From NCBI GenBank assembly GCA_965656495.1, contig CBFHKU010000001.1, forward strand, positions 178,781 to 242,780: a stretch of DNA of 64,000 nt, in the 5' to 3' direction. A program made the translations under genes and the position numbers. This stretch comes from Coraliomargaritaceae bacterium (GTDB taxonomy: Bacteria; Verrucomicrobiota; Verrucomicrobiia; Opitutales; Coraliomargaritaceae). Below, piece by piece: positions 13,737 to 20,297 of the stretch. A model generated the notes under the pieces. The model searched no databases. It was not told the DNA's origin and was given only the letters and a program-made list of their open reading frames with translations. Positions within the stretch are counted from its first letter, which is position 1. Every line of letters begins with the position of its first letter.

Positions 13737-15359
13737 CTAGGGCGCGGGTTGGGCGAGGGTCGCGAGGGCGGCTTCGGCCTCAGGGCGAAGGGGGTGTCGG
13801 GGGAATTGTTGGATAAATTGCTGGTAAAGGGCAGCGGCGGCGGGGCGGTCCTCGCTGATGCGTTGGAGGGCGCGGGCCAGCGAGAGGGTGATCTCGGGGT
13901 TATTTGGGAAACGATCGAAGGCGATTTTTAGCTCGGCGAGGAATGCCCGTGGGGATTTGCTGCGCTGTGCGATGCGAAGGTAGTCAAGGGTGTAGGGAAC
14001 TTCGGTGGGTGCGAGCCGAACGGCCTCGAGGGCGGTGGTCTCGGCGTTGCGGGTTTCGCCGCTGAGGGTGTAGGCCTGCGAGAGTTGGCTCCAGGTTTCG
14101 GGAGTGGTGTTATCGAGACCCAGGGCTTGCCAGTAGAGACGGATGGCGCTTTTGAAATCGCGTTGAAGTTTGGCCTCTTCGGCCTCGCTCAGGAGTTGTT
14201 TACGACTGGGGGAGAGTGGCTCCGGGGTCGCAACGGTCTCAGGGCTATCGCTGACGGTTGGGGGTGCGGGGTCGGGGTCGGGGTCGATTGCGGGGATTTC
14301 GGCGGCGGGTGCGTCGTTGTCGAGGCTGGGGTCTGCGGGCTGGATTGCGATGCTGGGGTTGTACTGGATATCGTTGATGCCCGTTTCAGTCGATTCGATG
14401 GCGGGTTTGTTGGCGAGGGCTTCCATGGCATCAAATTCTTCAGCAGCGATGCTTTTGGTGGAAGTGGGTGCGTCGGGCTTGGCTTCGGGCTGGGGTTCGG
14501 CGGGTGGGTTGTCGGAGCTTGCGGCGGTTTCGGTTTGTGTGTTTTTGAGGGTCTCGGATAATTCCTGTTGAGCGGTGCGCCATGTTTGGAGCTCGCTGCG
14601 GGCGGTGGTCGCCCAGTCGCTGGCGTCGACCGCTCCGGGGAAGCGTTGGTCGAGTTGCGCGATGAGGGTTTCGGCGGCGGGCCAATCGGCGGCGGCGAGT
14701 TTGATTTCAAGGAGTCCGAGGAGGGCGGTGAGGGCTTCGGGGCCGCTATCCTGGGCGGCGATTTTAAACCATCGCTCTGCGAGGGCTTTGTTATCGAGTT
14801 GGAGGAAAAGGGTGGCGATGGCGTTGGCGGTTTCCGGCGCGATGAGGGCGGGGTCATTGGGGATGCCTTTGAGGTAGGCATCGAGCGCGGCTTGGGTTTC
14901 GTTGGCGGCTGCGAGGCTGGAACCGAGCCTGAACCAAAGTTCAGGTTTCATGGCGTCGGGTGCGCGGGTGGCGAGTTGACGGAGGATGGGGAGGCTGTCT
15001 TCGCCGGCGGCCTCGAGCGCGAGATATGCCTGATATAAAAGCTCGATGTTTTCCGGGGCATTCAGCGCGGCTTGTTCCAGGTAGAGGGCGGCGAGGTTGA
15101 GGTCGTTGGTCTTTTGGTAAATTTCGCCGATAAGCTGAAGGATCTCGGGATCCTGTTGATTTGTTTCGAGGAGGGATTGCAGGATGGTGAGGGCTTCCTG
15201 GCTTTGACCATTCGCCTGGAGATTGATGGCATTGTCGATTTGATTGCGGCGGGCGGTTTCCGGATCGGTGCAGGCCGTCACTGCGAGCAAGGCGGCCAAA
15301 AGCATGATGAGACCGTGGAAATGGATGCGGTTATTTTTTTTATTTTTCATGGTCGGCAT
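13737..15359 (-). CDS. TPR-repeat lipoprotein with acidic Pro-rich central linker
   Basis: Lipobox VTAC, helical TPR-like repeats, C-terminal YQQFIQQFPRHPLRPEAE. Start could be 15350. Confidence 0.75.
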   Translation of the reverse strand: MPTMKNKKNNRIHFHGLIMLLAALLAVTACTDPETARRNQIDNAINLQANGQSQEALTILQSLLETNQQDPEILQLIGEIYQKTNDLNLAALYLEQAALNAPENIELLYQAYLALEAAGEDSLPILRQLATRAPDAMKPELWFRLGSSLAAANETQAALDAYLKGIPNDPALIAPETANAIATLFLQLDNKALAERWFKIAAQDSGPEALTALLGLLEIKLAAADWPAAETLIAQLDQRFPGAVDASDWATTARSELQTWRTAQQELSETLKNTQTETAASSDNPPAEPQPEAKPDAPTSTKSIAAEEFDAMEALANKPAIESTETGINDIQYNPSIAIQPADPSLDNDAPAAEIPAIDPDPDPAPPTVSDSPETVATPEPLSPSRKQLLSEAEEAKLQRDFKSAIRLYWQALGLDNTTPETWSQLSQAYTLSGETRNAETTALEAVRLAPTEVPYTLDYLRIAQRSKSPRAFLAELKIAFDRFPNNPEITLSLARALQRISEDRPAAAALYQQFIQQFPRHPLRPEAEAALATLAQPAP

Positions 15360-15447
15360 CTCTTTTTTATACTATGCGGTGAGAATGTGGAGAAAACTTT
15401 ACAAAGAACACTTGTGCGGCGCTTGTAAGAGTCAAGGTGATTGGTGT

Positions 15448-16455
15448 ATGCGCGGGTGTTTAAGATGGGTGCAAATTTGTTTGGCTGCTTTAGTTTTTGC
15501 TTCCGGGGGCTTGTCGGGATCGGGTCTGGTATGGGAGGCCGCGACGCCCGAGGGGTCGGATTACGTGGCGGCGGTGGAATCGTTGTTGTCAGAATACGAA
15601 TCGGAGACGGGGCGTGAACTGAAGCCGGGCGCGCTGGGGAAGGCGGGTTTGAAGGTGAATACGCGGAGTGGTCTGGGTTTATCGACGCCGCGTCCTTTGT
15701 TGCGGGCATTGATTGCTTCGTTGGAAAGCCGTGGCTTTGCGCGGGCGGATATTTTGATTGTGGATGCGGATGCCTACAATTTGCGGCAGGCGGGGATTTT
15801 GCCGTCGCTGGCGGAACCGGAACTGAAGTTTGAGGGCTGTCCGGTGTTGGCGTTAAATGAGGGGGGTTTTTATGACGAGGCGTGGTATTACGATAGTCCA
15901 CTGCCACCGGCGATGCGGGTCTTGGATGCGATGGGCCGCGACGAGGCAGAAGCCGAGGGGGTGGCGCGGAAGAGTTTTTTGCCGCGTCCGCTCTTATTTG
16001 AGGTGGATTACTGGATTAATCTGCCGGTGGGATGCGATGACCCGGCGTTAGGGGTGGACGGGGCCTTGGTCAACATGACGCTCTGGAACGTGAGCAATAG
16101 CCGTCGTTTTTTGGTGAATCAGGCGACCGCTTCGGCGGCGGTGGCGGAGATTGCGGCGATACCGGAATTGGTGGATAAGGCGGTCCTGCATTTTATGCCG
16201 ATGGATTTGTATCAATTCATCGGGGGGCCGTTTTTCAATTCACTCTACACGCACGGGGAGGGGGTCTTGCGGATGAGCGCGGATCCGGTGGCCTTGGATC
16301 GTTTGTTGTATGATGCGATCAATGAGCGCCGCCGTCTGGCGGGATTTCCGGAGATTTTGCCGATGCCACAACAGTTGCCCTTTGCGGCAAGTTTGGGGTT
16401 GGGGGTTTATGAGCGGGAGGCGATTGAGCGCCGCGCGGTGGATTTGAGTGAATAA
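15448..16455 (+). CDS. Exported DUF362-like protein
   Basis: Signal peptide. GLKVN...ST...ILIVD and DYWINLPV...GVDGALVN resemble degenerate DUF362 motifs. Start at MRGCLRW avoids overlap with the upstream gene. Confidence 0.55.
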   Translation: MRGCLRWVQICLAALVFASGGLSGSGLVWEAATPEGSDYVAAVESLLSEYESETGRELKPGALGKAGLKVNTRSGLGLSTPRPLLRALIASLESRGFARADILIVDADAYNLRQAGILPSLAEPELKFEGCPVLALNEGGFYDEAWYYDSPLPPAMRVLDAMGRDEAEAEGVARKSFLPRPLLFEVDYWINLPVGCDDPALGVDGALVNMTLWNVSNSRRFLVNQATASAAVAEIAAIPELVDKAVLHFMPMDLYQFIGGPFFNSLYTHGEGVLRMSADPVALDRLLYDAINERRRLAGFPEILPMPQQLPFAASLGLGVYEREAIERRAVDLSE

Positions 16456-16514
16456 ATGCGCTTCTTTTGGAGAAACACCTTGAATAAAAAGCAAAAGCAA
16501 TTCTTTACTAGGGG

Positions 16515-16889
16515 ATGCAATTAGCGGATTTCTACCCAATTTTGGTGCAGCTCGTTCTCGTTTTGGGAATCGCGGTCACGATTCTGGTGGCTTCGCATAT
16601 TTTTGGGCAACGCTCGGTGGGTTCCGCGATCAAGAATTCGCCGTATGAATGCGGTATGTTGGCGGAGGGTTCCGGGAGTGCGCGCTTTGCGGTTAAGTTC
16701 TACGTGACTGCGATGTTGTTCATCCTTTTTGATATCGAGGTTGTTTTCCTAATTCCCTGGGTGATGGTGTTCCGTGAATTTTTAGCGGCGCAGTTGCCGA
16801 TCCTCCTGCCGGTTTTCTTTTTCCTATTTGTCCTGGTCTTGGGCTTGATCTACGAGTTGCGAAAGGGCGCGATCGAGTGGGAAAAATAG
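16515..16889 (+). CDS. nuoA: NADH-quinone oxidoreductase subunit A
   Basis: KNSPYECG, KFYVTAMLFILFDIEVVFLIPW, YELRKGAIEW. Confidence 0.95.
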   Translation: MQLADFYPILVQLVLVLGIAVTILVASHIFGQRSVGSAIKNSPYECGMLAEGSGSARFAVKFYVTAMLFILFDIEVVFLIPWVMVFREFLAAQLPILLPVFFFLFVLVLGLIYELRKGAIEWEK

Positions 16890-17015
16890 ATTGCATTTGG
16901 AATTTTGATTCAGCACCCCGGCTTCGCTCAAGGAAGCCCGGAACTTTTCTCCAACGCCTCGTTCTTATCTGTAAGGACGTCGCACCATTTGTCCACGAAC
17001 GACCCCTTGTACCCG

Positions 17016-18374
17016 ATGCGCATTGACCGTTACATTTCCCGTAGTCGTGTCATCGATTTGAAGAGCACCGATTTCAAGGGTGCCTTGTCGGAATTGCTGG
17101 AGGTCTGCGATTTTTCGGGAGAAAGCAAGATCAGCAAGGGCGGCCTGCTGAAGAAATTAATGGAGGGGGAACGCTTGATGACGACCTATTTGGGTGGCGG
17201 TATATCCCTCCCGCATGCGCGCGTTAAAATGAAGCGCAACTATTTGCTCGCGGTGGGGCGCTGTCCGGAAGGGCTCAACTACGAGGGGCAAAAAGAATAC
17301 GGCGAGATTCGTTACGTCTTTCTCCTCTTGGCGTCTGAGAAAGCGCGGAATTATTTATACAGTCTGGCGTCCTTGGCGCGGGTCTTTCAGGACAAGGCGC
17401 TGATGGAGCAACTGAGCGCGGCGACGAGCCTGGAGGCGTTTCAGGTTGCCTTGAAATCGGTCTTTAGCGGAGAGGGGGATCGCCTGCCGCGTCAGCACAA
17501 TCGCTTCAATAAGTTGATCCTTAAGGAAGCCGCAAAAATCGCGCGCGGGGCGAAATGCGGGGCGGTCTTGGTCTTTGGTGACACTTTTGGGGGCCGGGTG
17601 GAAATTGGCGAGACCTTCAAGGATTTCAAGACGGTGCTCATTGCGCAGGGCACCTCCGAGGTGGTCAGCGAGCGCGATGAGATCGAGGCGGTGTTGCCCT
17701 TGCGCGCTTACAGTAATCACCGGTTCTCGCAGTTGCGCAGTGCGGTGCTGATCGGTTTGACGCGGGGGATTTTTTCCAGCACGGATCGTCTGTGTTGCGT
17801 GGGTGGGGTGCCGCAAAGCAATCAGTTTGACAGTATTACGGTGGTGGACGTGGAGCGTGAATTCCACACGATGCTGTTTCACAATTCCCAGATGCTGCCG
17901 TCGTCGGTGAAGCCGGAGGTGATCGAGCGGGTGCTGGCGATTGCGACCGAGTTGGCGGTGGAAGGCCGCGAGGGGCACCCGGTTGGTTGTCTCTTTGCAC
18001 TGGGCAACGCCGAGCGCATTCTTGAATACACCAAGCCGCTGATCCTGAATCCCTTTTACGGTTACAAGGACGAGGAGCGCAATATTTTGAATCCTTTCAT
18101 GGATGAAACCGTGAAGGAATTGTCGTCGATTGACGGTGCGTTTATCATTCGCGGGGACGGCGTTTTGGCAGCGGCGGGTACTTTGATTCATGTGCCGGAC
18201 TACGCGCACAGTTTGCCGGGGGGGTTGGGGAGCCGTCACGCCGCGGCCTCCGCGATTTCGCAGGCGGAGGACTGCCTCTGCATCGTGGTATCGGGAAGCA
18301 CCGGGCAGGTGACGCTTTTCCGGCGCGGCGAGATGTTGCCGCTCATTGAGAAGGCGCTGGTGCGGAATTCCTAG
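17016..18374 (+). CDS. Diadenylate cyclase with N-terminal PTS EIIA domain and DacZ-type middle domain
   Basis: TTYLGGGISLPHAR (EIIA phospho-His motif). DisA_N domain ELAVEGREGHPVG...KELSSIDGAFII...GLGSRHAAASAIS...IVVSGSTGQVTLF. Confidence 0.85.
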   Translation: MRIDRYISRSRVIDLKSTDFKGALSELLEVCDFSGESKISKGGLLKKLMEGERLMTTYLGGGISLPHARVKMKRNYLLAVGRCPEGLNYEGQKEYGEIRYVFLLLASEKARNYLYSLASLARVFQDKALMEQLSAATSLEAFQVALKSVFSGEGDRLPRQHNRFNKLILKEAAKIARGAKCGAVLVFGDTFGGRVEIGETFKDFKTVLIAQGTSEVVSERDEIEAVLPLRAYSNHRFSQLRSAVLIGLTRGIFSSTDRLCCVGGVPQSNQFDSITVVDVEREFHTMLFHNSQMLPSSVKPEVIERVLAIATELAVEGREGHPVGCLFALGNAERILEYTKPLILNPFYGYKDEERNILNPFMDETVKELSSIDGAFIIRGDGVLAAAGTLIHVPDYAHSLPGGLGSRHAAASAISQAEDCLCIVVSGSTGQVTLFRRGEMLPLIEKALVRNS

Positions 18375-18393
18375 CTGACGCAAGGCTGGGTTT

Positions 18394-18502
18394 GAAGGTG
18401 GGAAAGTAAAAAGTTTGAAGGTATTTGCCGTAAGGATACTTTAACGACTTTGTAGTAAATTATACATCAGGACCACTTTTACCTTCCCACTTTCCCACCT
18501 TC
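18394..18502. repeat. Intergenic inverted repeat built of short ~8-nt repeats
   Basis: GAAGGTGGGAAAGT (18394-18407) and its exact complement ACTTTCCCACCTTC (18489-18502). Confidence 0.8.
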
Positions 18503-18519
18503 GTACTTTTGTACATCCC

Positions 18520-19338
18520 ATGACCGACCGAATTGCTCAAGTCTTTGCCAAAACCCGCGAGGAGAAGCGGGCCTGCTTTGTGGCGTATTTATGCGCGGGC
18601 GATCCGGACTTCGAGACTTCTCTGGCAGCGTGCCGCGCGGTCATTGAATCGGGAGCGGATATTCTGGAATTGGGGGTGCCGTTCTCGGATCCCCTCGCGG
18701 ACGGTTTGACGAATCAACTCGCGGCACAGCGTGCCATCGAGAGTGGGATGACCGCAGCGCGGGTGCTGGATTTGGTTCGGGCGGTGCGGGAATTCAGCGA
18801 GGTGCCGATTGTTTTCTACACCTACTATAATCTGGTCTTTGCGCAGGGCAGCGCCGCCTATGCGAAAGCCGTGAAGGCGGCGGGAGTGGATGCGCTGCTA
18901 ACGCTGGATTTGCCACCCGAGGAAGCGGAATCGCACCTCGCGGCCTGTGCGGCGGAGGGTTTGCAGACGGTTTTCATTGTGGCACCCACCACCCCGGACG
19001 AACGCCTGCCGCTCATTTGCAAGGCGACTACCGGATTCGTGTATTACGTTTCGCGTGAGGGCGTGACCGGGGAACAGGCTTCGATGTCGGAGGGGATCGC
19101 CACGCGCGTGGCGGCGATCAAAGCACACACCGACCTCCCGGTGGTGGTCGGTTTTGGCATTTCCACCGCCGAGCATGTGCGCACCGTCGGGCAATCCGCC
19201 GACGGCGTGGTAGTGGGCAGTGCCATCGTGAACTGTATCGCCGCCAACCCGGATGATGCGGAAGCCGTCACCACCGCCCTGAAGGAAAAGATGCAAGACC
19301 TCTGCGCGGGGAATGCGCCGGCGGGTGGAACGGTTTGA
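18520..19338 (+). CDS. trpA: Tryptophan synthase alpha chain
   Basis: AGDP, ELGVPFSDPLADG, DLPPEE, YYVSREGVTG, VGFGIS, DGVVVGSA. Confidence 0.96.
   Translation: MTDRIAQVFAKTREEKRACFVAYLCAGDPDFETSLAACRAVIESGADILELGVPFSDPLADGLTNQLAAQRAIESGMTAARVLDLVRAVREFSEVPIVFYTYYNLVFAQGSAAYAKAVKAAGVDALLTLDLPPEEAESHLAACAAEGLQTVFIVAPTTPDERLPLICKATTGFVYYVSREGVTGEQASMSEGIATRVAAIKAHTDLPVVVGFGISTAEHVRTVGQSADGVVVGSAIVNCIAANPDDAEAVTTALKEKMQDLCAGNAPAGGTV
19268..19317 (+). repeat. 50-bp direct repeat, copy 1 (inside trpA 3' end)
   Basis: TCACCACCGCCCTGAAGGAAAAGATGCAAGACCTCTGCGCGGGGAATGCG, identical to 20087-20136. Confidence 0.95.
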
Positions 19339-19371
19339 CAGAAAAGAATAAATGTTCTCTACTGGGAACAT
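19335..19371 (+). promoter_or_regulatory. Putative vapBC promoter and palindromic operator
   Basis: TTGACA (19335-40), 17-nt spacer, TCTACT. Inverted repeat ATGTTC...GAACAT (19352-19371) spans the -10 and start codon. Confidence 0.6.
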
Positions 19372-19639
19372 GAAAACCACCCTCGAGGTTCCTGAGGATT
19401 TATACCTCAAAGTCAAAGCGCAGGCCGCTTTGCGTCGGCGTAAAATCAAGGATTATGTGGCGGAGGGATTGAGGTTGGCGTTGAAAGCCGATGTGGCGCG
19501 TGAGGCGGCATCTCACGATCCCCTCACGGTCTTTGAGGAGATTCGCAAGGAACCGTATCATGATGCGGACAAAGTGCAGGCTATGATTGAGGAGGCCCGA
19601 GCCGGGCGGAAAGCGTCGTGGCTCGAGGAGGCGTCGTGA
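19370..19639 (+). CDS. vapB: Antitoxin, ribbon-helix-helix type (VapB-like)
   Basis: MKTTLEVPEDLYLKVKAQAA...IKDYVAEGLRLAL RHH pattern. Overlaps the PIN gene via GTGA. Confidence 0.8.
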   Translation: MKTTLEVPEDLYLKVKAQAALRRRKIKDYVAEGLRLALKADVAREAASHDPLTVFEEIRKEPYHDADKVQAMIEEARAGRKASWLEEAS

Positions 19640-20028
19640 GCAACCTGCTTTTGCTGGACACCAACGCACTGATTGCACTGAGCGCACCGGGTCACCCGCT
19701 TTTTCAATGGATTGAGGCAGCCCTGAGGGTAGGCGGACAGGCCTTTACCTGCTCGGTAGCCTGGCACGAATATGTGCGGGGGCCGCTTGAAAAGCGCGAC
19801 CAGCAGCGGGCGCTACGCATCATTAAGCAGCGAATTGAGCCCCTGGGGCGAGAAGCTGCTGAAATCGCGGCGGTTCTGTTTAACGCTACGGGTCGGTGCC
19901 GGGGATCGACTGCGGACTGCCTGATTGCCGCGGTGGCACTTTGCAAAAACGCACAGTTGGTCACATGGAATACCGATGATTTCCGGGTGTTTGTGCCGCA
20001 CGGCCTCAAACTCGCCGAGATGGACTAG
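19636..20028 (+). CDS. vapC: PIN-domain toxin (VapC-like)
   Basis: LLDTNALI, WHEY, ADCLIAAVAL, LVTWNTDDF acidic active-site set. GAGGAGG RBS before the GTG. Confidence 0.9.
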   Translation: MSNLLLLDTNALIALSAPGHPLFQWIEAALRVGGQAFTCSVAWHEYVRGPLEKRDQQRALRIIKQRIEPLGREAAEIAAVLFNATGRCRGSTADCLIAAVALCKNAQLVTWNTDDFRVFVPHGLKLAEMD

Positions 20029-20086
20029 TTCCAAGCTCTCACCTGGGCGGGTAATTCAAGGTTTCATGGTAGCTTCGAAACCGGCA

Positions 20087-20136
20087 TCACCACCGCCCTG
20101 AAGGAAAAGATGCAAGACCTCTGCGCGGGGAATGCG
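20087..20136 (+). repeat. 50-bp direct repeat, copy 2 (detached trpA 3' end followed by in-frame TAA)
   Basis: Identical to 19268-19317. Next codon is TAA (20137-20139). Confidence 0.95.
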
Positions 20137-20162
20137 TAACCTTACTGTAACAATACCGTAAT
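20134..20162 (+). promoter_or_regulatory. Pho-box-like tandem repeat upstream of TonB-dependent receptor
   Basis: GCGTAAC-CTTA-CTGTAAC-AATA-CCGTAAT: GTAA(C/T) at 20136, 20147 and 20158 (11-bp period). Confidence 0.55.
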
Positions 20163-20297
20163 CTTTGTTACGCGCGGGTAATATTCCCAGCGCCAAAGGC
20201 TTAAATGTTTGTCCTGTGGCGGTTATTGATCAGCTAAGTTAGACTATAGTTATGATCACGTATTACGTAATGATACGTAGTATAAAGTTGTAGCTGT

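Noticed and set aside
15244..15447. N-terminal extensions in the ORF track (also 7248, 16905, 26272, 43808, 43977, 46466, 47211, 49695, 52838 and ccoP to 1170)
   Set aside because: They overlap neighbouring genes or tRNAs, or precede the evident signal peptide or conserved N-terminus. Downstream starts were used.
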